A DNA stretch of 64,000 bases from Carcharhinus amblyrhynchos. Lineage: Eukaryota. The stretch spans positions 29,760,001 to 29,824,000 of the forward strand of contig OZ336886.1 in assembly GCA_965287045.1 (NCBI GenBank), read 5' to 3'. This document shows, piece after piece, positions 11,863-24,730 of this stretch. Numbering within the stretch: position 1 is the stretch's first letter; each line of letters begins with the position of its first letter. A program made the position numbers and the translations under genes. Under the pieces are notes generated by a model. It had not been told where the DNA came from and did no database searches. It worked only from the letters and a program-made list of their open reading frames with translations.

Positions 11863-12554
11863 GAAGTTGCTGTTCTTAACATTTAACACAACAGGCTGTG
11901 TTTCAAGTCTTTTGCATCGTTTCAGGTGATTAATCCTCATGATAGCTGGAACATTTTTGTCTACCTCTTCTGACAAGCAAGTTTTCAGCTCAAGCAATGA
12001 AACAGGGGTCGAGTTTCCACTATGATCCCCAATCGGCAATCCAAGCCCAAACTGTGGTTTTCAGAAGGACTTTTCTGTCAAGTTTCACCTCAACACTCAT
12101 TTGCATTATTGTTGGCAAAATATTTGTCAAGTACCAACACGATCAGGCAGTGATTCCGGAATATAATTTTCTTAAATTTAACTTTCAAAAAAGTTCCATG
12201 ATAAATGTGAAAATGGTAACTTAATGCAGTTTTATTAACACAACTGACAATGGGTTTATTATAAAAACAGCATTTTTAATAAGAATGGCTAATCCATTTG
12301 TGGGAAATTAGCTTTTAAATAATTGAAAATAACTTTAAAAACAATGCAAAACAATTTATTTGGTATTGACAGTTTCTTAGTAAATTAAAATAAAAATTAC
12401 GGTCAAAAGTTCTTAAACTGTGCGCATTTCTGTTCCTGCACGCAAAAGAACCAGGTTAAATTGGAAGCTTCTCAAAGGCATGCAAATGGGCACAACTCAT
12501 GGAAAATTGCAAAGTTAGTTTTGTGGGCATAGCCAGTTTATAGTACAATGTTTA

Positions 12555-12790
12555 TCAAGTCAGCCATGATCTTATCAAATAGCAAGGCAAGCTTGAGAGA
12601 CTGAATGGCCTCCTCCTGCTGTTAATTCATATTTTCACATAGATAGATTCTTGATTGACAAAGAAATCAAAGGATATGGAGTAGGGAAGAACGGGGAATT
12701 GAGGCCACAATCAAATCTGCCATGAAATTATCAAATGGCAAAGCAGGTTCAAGGGGCCAAATGGCCTAGTCTTGATCCCAATTCATATTT
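12555..12790 (+). mobile_element. Two CR1 3' UTR fragments in tandem
   Basis: cagccatgatcttatcaaat..gaatggcctcctcctgct motif occurs twice. Confidence 0.6.
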
Positions 12791-12917
12791 TCATAAAACA
12801 TCCAGGTTTGCAGAAACTCAACTTACACTGCAAATAACTTGAGTTTGAAATTCTGCAACCTTTTTGGGCTGATTTCAGAAGCATTGCACTAAAACAAACA
12901 GTGCAATCTGGCAGAAA

Positions 12918-13226
12918 CTTTTTTTTTATTAATTCATGGGACATGGGCATCACAGGCTGGGTCAGCATTTACTGCCTACCCCATTTAAAAGTCAACCACA
13001 TTCCTATATATCTGGAATTACATAGGCCAGACCCCCAAAAAGGACATTAGTAATCAGCTGGGTTTTTACGACAATGGTTTCATGGTCATCATTAGATTTT
13101 TAATTCCATATTTTTATTGTATTCAAATATCACTGACTGTTGTGATGAACCCAGGTCTCCAGAACATTACCCTGGATCTCTGAATTACTCGTCCAGTGAC
13201 AATGCCACTGCACCATTGTCTCTCCC
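12918..13226 (-). mobile_element. SINE family B, near full length
   Basis: Reverse complement of 1572-1890. The tail matches the LINE tail at 1290-1357. Confidence 0.75.
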
Positions 13227-14688
13227 ACTACAGCCAATACAGTAAATTGTTATGAATAATCTCATTACCAAATTATCTGGAAATAAGCACAATACAATTT
13301 TCAAAAATTGAATCCTGATCTTTCTTTTCTCAATTCTCTTCCTTTCAATTTGGCCCTTATAAAAATAAATTCTGTAGCTTTATTATCCAATCTATTTTCT
13401 ATATCTTATTTTCCTAAAAATCCTTTCCACTTGTCTTATTTTTACCATTGTCTGTATATTCTGAAAATGGAGACAACTTTCAAAATACTAATTTTTCCTT
13501 GATTCAAAATTAATTCTAAATGATTGATGGCATTTTGATCTGCCACAAAACTAATGCAAAAGGCTTGCACCATTAAATGTATCAAACATGGTCAAGAACA
13601 AACAAATATTCACTGCCAGGCCCAACAAATTTCATAGTATAAGAAACTTTACTGTAACAATATATAACATCAGATCCCTATTACAGCATTTTTTCTTAAA
13701 GCTGCTATGCCAAAAAATTGATTTTTTAGTAGATGTGTAACGAATCAATGAGTTAATAACCCAATACTGTTTATTAATCTGCTCCAAAGCAGTCTACTCA
13801 AACATAGTGGCTGACTTAAATAGGACTCAAATTCTTTTATATTCAATTCTTTGCAGAAATAGGAGCCATCTTCAGGTACTATTTGAATACTCCCAGGCTC
13901 AACTCCAAACTGCTTCCCACCTTCAACATCCATGGCTCCATACTCTTACCTCATCCTCTCCCTGGCATCAATCTACTATTCCGTTTCTCAACTGTTGCTT
14001 CCTGGACATCTTGGTCTATTTGATTCGAGCACACATCTACAATTTGTTAGCTATTGCTTTCTTTCTACATATAGAAAGAAGTCTAAGCTTCTTTTCTTTA
14101 TCAAATGTCTGTTCCAACATCACAGCCACCAGCTTCATATCAAGGCACCAAATAGCCAATTGAGGAAATCAAGTTGTGACCAAAATCAAAACCTGTGTTA
14201 CCTTTGCTACCCACAACTCAGAGCCCTTTAACACCTAATCCTTCCTCCATCTGAAAAGCCTGCCTCTGATTTCAAGTCGTAGAGTCATAAGAGGTTTACA
14301 GCATGGAAACAGGCCCTTCGGTCCAACTTGTCCATGCCGCCCTTTTTTTTTTTAAAACCCCTAAGCTAATCCCAATCACTCATTCATCTGACCATATCAG
14401 TGCTACCTTAGAGGTTGCACCTTTTGGTTTCACAATACCAGATTCAATCATTTTATGGCCCTCATGGGGGTCCCCCATTGCTCTCCTATACCAGCACATA
14501 CAGTAGCCACCACAATGCCTTGACAACATTAATAAGTTCCATGATAGATACAGTCTATCAACAGCAAAACAGCTGAGACCATATTCTGTGACCTGTGGTT
14601 AGTTGAAATAACTGGGAAAAACAAACTAGACTGAAATAGGATTCTTTCTGGTAAGTCCATTAATTTTCTTTTTTTTCTAATATCTTAC

Positions 14689-14866
14689 CTGTAGCAAATG
14701 TGTTATGAACACTGTGGAAAGAAATGGCATTAACTGGATAAATTTGTTCAAGGTTGTTTTCTTTTAATCGATGACATTTAAAAGCATATTTTTTCTTCTG
14801 CACTTCTGGGTTTGGGTCAAGATACTCCACTGCAACACGTCCTTCAATTGAACTAAGAACATAACC
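14689..14866 (-). CDS. BUB3: BUB3 coding exon 5 (GYVLSSIEGRVAVEYLDPNPEVQKKKYAFKCHRLKENNLEQIYPVNAISFHSVHNTFAT)
   Basis: 178 nt with AG/GT boundaries, translated by hand. Absent from the ORF track. Confidence 0.95.
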
Positions 14867-15074
14867 CTAAAAAGAAGCAGAAAATTCTGATCACATATCA
14901 TCCAATAGTTACACAAAGTAGATTAAAAACACCTTTCCTGCATATCAACAGCTGTTGGCTCTCAATGTCCTAATACTTCATTAGATGCAAGGCAGGAGAA
15001 TCAATTCATAATTTAGCTCTCAGTTGACACTATTCAACTGATTCTGAACATGTAGTAATATATTAAAAATAGAT

Positions 15075-15252
15075 AAAGTCACCAGAGCTGACTGGTGGTG
15101 ATTTAACCTGAGGATCACCACACCTCAGGCGAGGAGCAAGGTTGAGAAGGCAGGCCTTCATGAATAACCTCAGCCAGCATGGGAACGGAACCCACGCTGT
15201 CAGCGTCGCTCTGAATCACAAGCCAGCTTATCAGCCAAGTGAGCTAACTGAT
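15075..15252 (-). mobile_element. tRNA-derived SINE, family C
   Basis: The minus strand begins gttagctcacttggct...gtgggttccgttccc (A/B boxes). Confidence 0.6.
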
Positions 15253-15879
15253 CTCTACATAATGGAGAAATAGAAATACAGATGTCAGACTGGCACAAGT
15301 AAATTGTGAGTAAGTAGAAGTGACTAGAGCACACAGAATATTCAACCAATAGTCCAACGTAACATTGCCAGCTCTGTCTTACGCTTGGCAAAGAGTTCTT
15401 CATTTGCATTCTTGCATGTACCTGCAGACCTTCACAATCCTGTTGCAGTGCTGATTCTCTCCTAACAAAATGCTCAAACAATGATAAAAGGAAATCACTC
15501 CAGTGAAACACTCCGGCACTGTGACACAGAGTTCCAGCCAGGTGGAAAGCAATTACAACGGTGCAGAGTTGAAGACATTATCCAATAGCTACTTGATATT
15601 CTCTCTCTTTGCCTGGCTTCAGTGTATTCAGGAGTTAAACTGGCACTTGACTGTGTGGCAGTGGGCATCCAAAGGTTCTTTGCAGTGATTTGAAAGTACA
15701 ATTTAACAACTTGTTCAACTAAGCATTTGGTAGCTTTTCTTATCCAACAACTAATCTAGCTTTCCTACTAGTGTATTGTCAACTGTGGAAACAGCTGCAA
15801 AAATAAAGTCAACTTGACCAAGAATGATTGTCATCATATTGGCTGCCAACTGCGCAACTGAAAACGTTTCTTCACGACA

Positions 15880-17015
15880 GAGTTTTACAGCATGGAAACA
15901 GGCCCTTTGGCCCAATTTGTCCACGCCATCCTTTTTTTAAAACTAGTATGTTAGTGTTTGTGGTCTGGCCCACATCCCTTTATACCTATCTTACCTATCT
16001 AACTTTCTAAATGCTTTTTAAAAGACAAAATTCTACCCACCTCTAGCAGCTTGTTCCAGACACTCACCACCCTCTGAAAACAACTGCCCCTCTGGATCCA
16101 TTTGTATCTCTCCCCCTAAATCTTTACCCTCTAGTTTTAGACTCCCCTACCTTTGGGAAAAGATGTTGACTATCTACCTGGTCTATGCCCCTCATTATTT
16201 TGTAGGCCTCTAAAAGATCATCCTCAAACCTCCTACACTTCAGGGGAAAAAAAAAGTCCCAGTCCTTATAATTCAAACCATCAAGTCCCAGTGACATCCT
16301 AGTAAATCTTTTCTGCACTCTTTCTAGTTTAATAATATCCTTTCTATAATAGGATGGCCAGAACTGCACACAGTATTCCAAGCGTGGCCTTACCAATGTC
16401 TTGTACAACTTCAACAAGACGTCCCAACTCCTGTATTCAATGTTCTGACCAATGAAACCAAACATGCTGCATGCCTTCACCACCCTGTCCATCTGTGTCT
16501 CCACTTTCAAGAAGCTATGAGCCTGTACCCCTAGATCTCTTTGCTATATAACTTTCCCAACACCCTACCATTAACTGAGTAAGTCCTACCTGGTTTGATC
16601 TATCAAAATGCATTCTCTCGCATTTATCTAAATTAAACTCTATTTGCCATTCAACAACCCACTGGCCCAACTGATCAAGATCCCATTGTAATCCTAGATA
16701 ACCACCTTCCCTGCTCACTATGCCACCAATCTTGGTGTCACCTGCAAAATTACTAACCATGCCTCCTATATTCTCATCCAAATCATTAACATAAATGACA
16801 AATAACAGTACACCCAGCACTGATCCCTGAGACACACCAATTGGAAAAACAACCCTCTACAACAGTCCTCTGTCTTGCATCATCAAGCCAATTTTGTATT
16901 CAATTGGCTACCTCATCCTTATGCAACAAACTACCATGCAGTACCTTGTCAAAGGCCTTGCTGAAGTCCATGTCGTCAACATTGACTGCACTGTTCTCAT
17001 CTACCTTCTTGGTTA
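15880..17015 (-). mobile_element. Degenerate CR1 LINE (RT to 3' tail), sense to BUB3
   Basis: SQGSVLG..VSNFAGDTKIGG and LVRPRLEYCVQFW in ORFs 16515-16835 and 16124-16510. Confidence 0.9.
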
Positions 17016-19152
17016 CCCGTTCACAAAAAACATGTCCAAACAGCACAAGGTAATTCATTTAAAAACTTTTATGCCCCATATTCTGCACTCATGAGACATG
17101 CTGGGAAGTACTTCTTTCAAAAATAAGGCACGTTGCACCCTTCTTCGACCAAAGAGAGAAGATGGTAAGTACATCATTTGTAGAATAAGCAGCAGCAACC
17201 AGCCATACTTTGGCCAAACCTTCATTAAACCACCACTATTTTACTAGCAGGAAAGTGAAACATAAACACACAATCATCTTGAAAATGAAAAAAATTGGTA
17301 GTTTTCAGTCAGACAATTGAGTGAATCTGGACAATTGCAACATCACACATACAAGGGTGGGAAATTCCAAAGGAGCTTGTATCTTGTAAGAGTGTTAGTC
17401 AAAAGAAACAAGAAGAATTCTACTTCAGTTGACTTCATGAGACCGTTAAAGAAAAGCACAGACTGTGTCCTGGATTTTCCTCTTCTATAACAAATACTGA
17501 AACATCAGGAGTGAGAAATTTTTGGCTATTTGCTCACAGCTTGCGCAGATTTTTATACAACAGACCTCGGTGTTTTTAAATGGGAGAGGAGATGGGGAGG
17601 ACTGAACTGCTTAACTGAAGATCTGTTGACCTGAGTCGACTCCAATTAACTACAGGGAGAGTAAACAAAATAGCCTGGCCCCTCTTCATAAAGGCCATAA
17701 GACTTTGCGTAATCCAGGCACAAACCTTTGATCCACGGGGTCTGACCATTGGAGACCAAAGCCCCCAAACTCCCCAGTCTCACTGATGGAGCCCTTAATG
17801 GGAGGGAGGAAAACAGCAAGAAGCATGGGAGAACGAGAAGCAGGGGGATCCAAGGACCAGAGAATTGCCAAAGAACCTCTCATCTGTCTGTGTGTCTTTC
17901 TCCATATCCATTTCCCTCCCTCTCTCCCCTTAACGCTCTGCCTCAATATTTAAAAGTTTAACTTGTAAATAAAATATTAAGAGTATTTAAAAGTTTTTAG
18001 AAAGTGTTTTAACAGCTTTACAATAAACTCATCCACTACTGGGCTGACGATTAACCTCAAGGGGTGCAATCTTTATCTTATGACATCAAAAGTAGATGGA
18101 CAGTGTTCTACCAATGTGCCAATACTGTTTCTTCTGATGTTAGGCCTTGCTGCAACAAGCTTCACGGTGCAGTCAACTAACTAGGTAACTTAATTCCTCT
18201 GTACATTCAGCAGCAAACATCATTTCTTTGCCGCTGACCACAAAATCTGGATCAATTTTAAGCTGTACTGTTAGGGCTGCTGAATATAACACTAAGCTAC
18301 ATAAGGGTTTTGTACAAAAGCAAAATACTGCAGATTCTGAAAATATGAAACGAAAACAGAAAATAATGAAATACTTCACAGATCAGGCAGTATATGCGGA
18401 CAGGAAGATTTTTGTATGTTTGCAACTTAAATTGATCAGTTCAAATTTAATTTCCAATGCTGGTGAAGAACAATAAATCTTTGGAAAAGATGCAAAGGAC
18501 AGTCAGCAAGATAATACAAAACCTTCCATCTTTTTAAAAGTTTAAATATTAGGTTATTACTTTGATAGATTGAGACAGAATACTTTTTCTTAAATTAGAG
18601 GGATTAAAGTTTGGTTAGATAAGTCACTGAAATGCATTTGGATACTAAAACCAAAGGAAGGATGTGGAATAGATAGACAATGCAAGTAGATGCCTAGTTG
18701 TATTTATTTTAAAATCACAGCTGTTTGGAAGCAATCTCCATAAGTCATGAAGCACTGAGGTTACTAAAATCATTTAAAGTAAACTTGACAAGTTCCTGAG
18801 AGATTACAACATTGTCAGTGAGATGGCAAGTAATTAGTTAGCTCAGATGACAATGCACAATCCACAAGTTTCTTGAAACTTCCTTGATTTCCTTCACAAA
18901 ATTTATTTTGGGCTAGTCTTTATGCTTCTCAGAAAAAAAATTTATGGGCAGTTGTAATGGTATATCCAATTGGATGCAATAATCCAATGAATTAAAATGA
19001 ATTATCATTTCCAACCCTTTTTCCAAGACACAAATGATTTTCCTATACATTGTATAATAAATGGTGTATAATTAACTACCGAAATATAATTAAACAAATT
19101 AAATGCAATGCAGAAATTAGTACAAATACGGTCAAACATGAATATTAAATAC

Positions 19153-19311
19153 CTGTTTATTTGGAAATGCTCTAATGCAGCGTGTCTGATACTTCAGGCT
19201 AGACTCTCTCCTTTGCTGTACATATCCCATGTTCCGCAAGTCCCACACCAACACACGACGGCCAGCAGTTCCCACAATTAGACGATCCCCAGACACAGAA
19301 AGAGTATACAC
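19153..19311 (-). CDS. BUB3: BUB3 coding exon 4 ([53 protein letters not shown])
   Basis: 159 nt with AG/GT boundaries. Confidence 0.96.
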
Positions 19312-19593
19312 CTTATAAATGAAAAAAAACAAACATTTACTCAAAATTTTATACATGCAAGAGCAGGCGTTCAAATACCTATCTTGCAGCCCGAGTGCAA
19401 CAGTCACCACGGACAACAGGAAGGCCAGGAACGGACTGACTGACCACAGAACCCACCTATTGGGGTTACTCAGCAACTTGATAATGTGGACACCATAGTG
19501 ACTGTAATGTGTACACCAATCTGGGGGAGCTGTCATGAGACAGACCAATTTGGGGTTATTGTTTGTGTTTAAACAAACATTTGCTTGTTTTTT

Positions 19594-19924
19594 CATAGAA
19601 TCATAGATTCCTACAGTGCAGAAAGAGGCCATTCAGCCCATCGAGTCCACACCAATTACAATCCCACCCAGATTCCCCCATATTTACCCACTAATCCCCC
19701 TAACCCATGCTTCCCAGTTCACTCAGGGCAATTTAGAATGGCCAATCAACCTAGCCCGCACATTTTTGGACTGCGGGAGGAAACCGGAGCACCCAGAGGA
19801 AACCCACGCAGATGCATGGAGAATATGCAAACTCCACACAGACAGTGACCCGAGTCGGGATTCAAACCAAGGTCCCTGGAGCTATGAAGCAGCAATGCTA
19901 ACCACTGTGCTACCATGCTGCCCT
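19594..19924 (-). mobile_element. HE1-type V-SINE with CR1/HER1-type tail (tail B)
   Basis: Head and V-domain as in the other copies, but the tail is gatgggctgaatggcctctttctgcactgtaggaatctatgattctatg. Confidence 0.8.
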
Positions 19925-20134
19925 ACTTTTTCTTTAGATATATACAAAGTGTTCTCTCCTTTCAATAAAGTGATCTTTTTACTTTTTATATATTATTATA
20001 ATTGTTTTATCATTCAATAAAACTTATCAATATTCGTCCCTGATTCATCCCTGTTACGCTTAGAGCATGCCTTTGAACCAAAGTGAAACTCAAAGGGACT
20101 CTCATGGTCTCCTCACAGATAGACTTGCAAAATC

Positions 20135-20410
20135 TTTCATAACCACCTGATGCCCAAAGTGCTTTAAAGCCAAATATACCTGAAGTGCCGTCACTATTAC
20201 AATGCAGAAACAGCAATGTGGAAGTGTGCTGTGCACAAATTAATGTATCGGTAGCAATAATTGCTGGCTGATCCGTTTGTGACATTGATTGATAAATTAC
20301 TGATGGATAGATATCAGCAAGGCCACCAGGCCTGGGTGATGGGGAATTGGGATCTTTCACATTCACCTGAGAGAACAGACAGTGGTTTAATATCTCATCC
20401 AAAGACAGTC
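20135..20410 (-). mobile_element. Old Deu-SINE
   Basis: gggatctttcacattcacctgagag..ggtttaatatctcatcc is the reverse of the Deu core. Confidence 0.55.
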
Positions 20411-20879
20411 ATGATGTAGAAATAAATAGAATATAAGATGTGAAATTCAGCTCAGAATCAAACACAGGCTGAACATCCAGTTGATTGAACACAGCAGTAC
20501 AATGCAGAGTTCCAAGCTGGTGGATGTTAACAAAGACAGCATGCAATCTAGAAATAAGAGTAGGATGAGCATGGAAACCTCAGGCACATTCCTGTGGATG
20601 CAGGACAAGAACCATAACAGGAATTGTGCTAGTTATGCTGCAAAAAGCATGGAAATAATGAGAACACAGATTCACAGAAGCGTGTTGGCAGCAGTTTCAA
20701 AGCACAAGGAATAAGTAAATAATGGGCCTGATGGGATGAACAGACACCTTCTGTACCCTAAATGATTAGTTCACCTTGGCTGCAATCAAGAGACAATCAG
20801 AGATAACTTTACCAAGAGAAGGATCAAATTGGGGACAGAAGTCAGGCTGAAAGGATTCAAATAGAATTTCCATCCAATA

Positions 20880-21200
20880 TAGTTAAGTGGACAGAGTAGA
20901 TAGGGAGAAACTGATCCCCCTCATAAAAGGATCAAGAACAAGAGGGTAAAGATTTAAGGGGATTTGCAAAAGAAGCAAATATGTGGGGGGAAAAAAATCT
21001 TTTCACACAAGTGGCTCGTATCTGGAATGCGCTGCTTGATAGTGTGGTGGCTCAATTGAGGCATTAAAGAGGGTATTAGACAATTAGTTGAATGGAAACA
21101 ATATGTAGGGGTGCAGCACTAAGTCATAATGCTCATTTGGACAGCCAGTGCAGACATAATGGGCCAAATGGCCTCCTCCTGCAATGCAATGATTTTGTGA
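20880..21200 (+). mobile_element. CR1 3' end
   Basis: ORF2 C-terminal remnant and atgggccaaatggcctcctcct 3' UTR. Confidence 0.7.
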
Positions 21201-21362
21201 AGATTTTTAGAAGATGTCACACAAATCATCTTTTACTCAATGTTACTGTTTCATTCAATTTTGAAGCAACAAAACCCAGCTGAACAAGGAACTGAACTAA
21301 GCCATCCATACAGATAGTCATAGCTGGCCACGAGTTTACCTCATTCCTTTGAACATTAGTAA

Positions 21363-22084
21363 TGTCAGGATCCCGGATCAGAACCCCAAAGTGTATTTTG
21401 AAGTCAGACTAGACCGCAACACTTTTTTTTTAATTTTGGCATATATATGAGAGTAGGATGCATTACTCCAGGAGTGATTCTACTGACAAATTAGGGATCT
21501 TTTACCAAAACAAGCTTTATTCATAATGCAGTTTAAATATAGCTCAAACAAAATGAAACAGCATATCTCTTAATAATTGAACAATCTTTGAACGTGAAAA
21601 GAACTAATTTTTAACTTAGCGCTATTTCAGTTCCAAGCAAGCAACAGTTTTCCCACAGACAAATATCACTTTAAATACAGTTAGCAAACCCAGGCACACT
21701 TGGGTTAACAGCCATGGAGCTTCCTGTAAGATTTTGTGGAGAGAGAGCAGACTTGTGTCTTTCAACAGCTTCAGTTAGCAACTAACTCTAAAATGAAACA
21801 GAAACTGTTCCCTTGCTACAAAGTAGTTCCTCCCAATAACCATTACCATATGACCCCGAACACTCAAACACCTTCCATTACTTTAATCAAAAAGTAATGG
21901 AAGGTGAGCCAGAGATCCTCTCTATAAACTTCTGTTAAATAAATGCAATATGGCTAAAATGAGTAATTATCCTGCTTTTTCAGGATTTGAGCTGCATTCC
22001 TTCCAGACATACTGACTTACTAGAAAAAAACTAATTAAAACATTCTACAGAAACATAAAATACATCAATAGAACAGTATTATCA
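21363..22084. mobile_element. Solo LTR
   Basis: TG...CA termini flanked by tagtaa at 21357-21362 and 22085-22090. Confidence 0.55.
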
Positions 22085-22894
22085 TAGTAAACAAACCTCA
22101 AAATTTCTAAAATTGCTCTTTACTTTGGAGATGCAAGTAACAGAAGAAAAAAAAATCAATGGAAATGACACAGAGCAGCTTGTGATCTGGATCTCCAACC
22201 CATCCAGTGAAACCAAGATATCTTTCACTGACTCTCTGTAGGAAAGTTGCCCAAGAAATCTGATGATAAACGTTTCCCACCACTGTCGTCAACCCCAAGG
22301 ATCAAAAGTACAAAGCTGACGGCAGTCCCTAAGACACTGACATCAAACTATTCCCCAAAACAGTGGGGAGACAGAACTCTTAATGAGCTCCTCTGTGTCC
22401 TGAGACCCAATATTAAGGATCTACTCAGGTCATAATGAGACTTTTCAAACTTCTTGAACAGCTCCCACCCCTCCTTTCGGCATTGCCTGCTTCAGATGTC
22501 CCATGAAGCTGCCAGCACCAGAATCCAACTTGGGGGCAAAAATCCCACCGCGCCAGAATACAAATAGCACCGACACGGGAAAAAAAAGGATCAAGATCAC
22601 TGAAGGGTGAACCCCAATAGAGACGGTCTCCAGCAAAATTGCCCTGCATCCTGACTTGGGAATGGACAAATTGTGAAACAATTACTTTGCCCACAAGTAG
22701 CTGGAAAGCAGGTTTTGCTAAGAACTTCAGATGATTTTCGAGTACCAATGTCAGAATGCCAAATCAAATGTTAGATCTAAAGTCAGTGGTTTGCAGATAG
22801 AAAGTTTTAGATTACATATTCAAAGAAATTTGAAGGATGGATGTTTTAAACTACTGCAGAAGTAACTGAAGCTTCCATCAGGAAACCAATGAAA

Positions 22895-23100
22895 GTCTAC
22901 CTGGAATTCACTACCTCAGCAGGCTGTGGATGCTTGGGCATCAAGTATATTTAAGGCAGAGATTGATAGATCTTTGAATACTAAGGGAATTCAGGGGATA
23001 AGAGGGTGGTGCAAGAAGGTGGAGTTGAGATAGATCAGCCCCAATCATATGGAATGCTGGAGCAGGCTCGACAGGATCTGCTCTTGTTCTCATTATATTC
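22895..23100 (+). mobile_element. CR1 3' end
   Basis: ctggaattcactacctcag..aggcagagattgataga motifs. Confidence 0.65.
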
Positions 23101-24489
23101 CAAATTTAAGACCAAATAGCTTCAACATTTTCTTTTGAAACTAATCAATTTCAAAAATGTTAGCTAGCCTGCAATGTGAATGGCAACTATGAGAAGGAAC
23201 TGACTTTGCAAAAAGAAATTCAGTGCACAATACAAATGACCCAATCAAGATTACTGAATGTAGACGATTGCTCCAATAGCCATAATTTTCAACAAATTAA
23301 ATCTGAAATTTATTATGGTCAATTGTTGAGGAGGTTCCCTCTGAATAGTTGTTCATTCAAGCTCAGGCATATCTTGGCATCCAAGAAAACAGTACTGTGA
23401 AAAAATCGTGAGCACATTTAGCCAAAGTGACTCATTCTCAACAAGCATACAAACTCAAGGACATCAGCTCCTTTATCTACCTTCAGTTCTTCCTCTTTCC
23501 AGTCATTTATCAAGTATCAAGAGCTTATCTATCCCCATTAATTATCTATGATGGGTAAACTGTAATCATTCAGCCATGGCAATGCAATGCTAAAACCCAG
23601 TCAACTGCTTTCAACTTGTCCTCAATACTTAGTCGTTGCTTGCTTCTGTTTGAATTGTGCAGCCTGGAATTTGGAAAAGATCAGCTTTTGTGAAATCATA
23701 TCAGTGGATAAATCCTAATCAGTTCATACAGTACAGTAGCAGCAACTTATAACATTCAGGAATGAGGTAAAGTTTATTTGTGGCTGCAGATAAAAATTGA
23801 GCAAGCTGCTGAGCTCAACAAATCCTGATTTGTTTAATATTAATCCAACTGTGAGGCAAAAAACATTGTAAACAGCCACTTCTAAAATGTCACACCCACA
23901 AAATATGGATATGCTATAGAATAATAAACAGCATACAAATAGGACTGATCTGTTCAGATTTTAAGAGTCAACTGACATATCCTATATGTCCATAAGACTG
24001 TATATAACACACTAATTACCTCGATCAGGGTGTTTTGCACCAACCCCAACTAAATGCACTAAGATGATTCATAAAACAACCCATGAAACACTGCGTGAAA
24101 AATTACCATTTAATTGAGAAGCATATTATTCTCAAAGCCATACAGAGTAAAATATTGCATACGAAGCAAGGGCACCATTGTGCACATTTAAACTAACTCT
24201 TTATTAAGAACTAATATCATATAATCATTCATTACTATGGAGAGTGTTAGACACAAAAATATAAAAACTTACAGAAACAATTTAAAAAGGTGAAGGCCCC
24301 TAGAAACAAGATTCAACATTCCTATGGAAATCTAAGCTGCATTGGCTTTTGTATTCTCTGCAGTACTAACTGCACTTAGTCAAAAAAAGTAATGAGGTTC
24401 ATAAAGAGGGAGAACGTTCAAAGAAAACCACACACAAGTGCTGAACCCACTGGCACACAATGAAACAAAAAAGTGCAGATTAACCATTT

Positions 24490-24730
24490 TAAGTTGGAAA
24501 CCTCGCCATCTGCAAGTTCTCTCCAAGCTGCACACTGTCCTGACTTAGAATTACATCACCATTCTTTCATAAATAGCCGAATCAAAATCCCAGAACTCCA
24601 TTCCTATGAGCATTGTGTGCAGCTACACCACATGGGAGCAAAGCAGTTCAAGGTGTCAACTCACCACTATCTACTCAAGGAAAATTATGGATGGCCTAGC
24701 CAGCAATGCCCACACCCCATGAATAAAGTA
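24490..24730 (+). mobile_element. 3' end of the LINE family at 731-1357
   Basis: Similar to 1140-1357. Confidence 0.65.

Noticed and set aside
15180-15252. tRNA genes at SINE heads (also 1572, 3200, 37505)
   Set aside because: A/B boxes are attached to SINE bodies and there is no complete cloverleaf.
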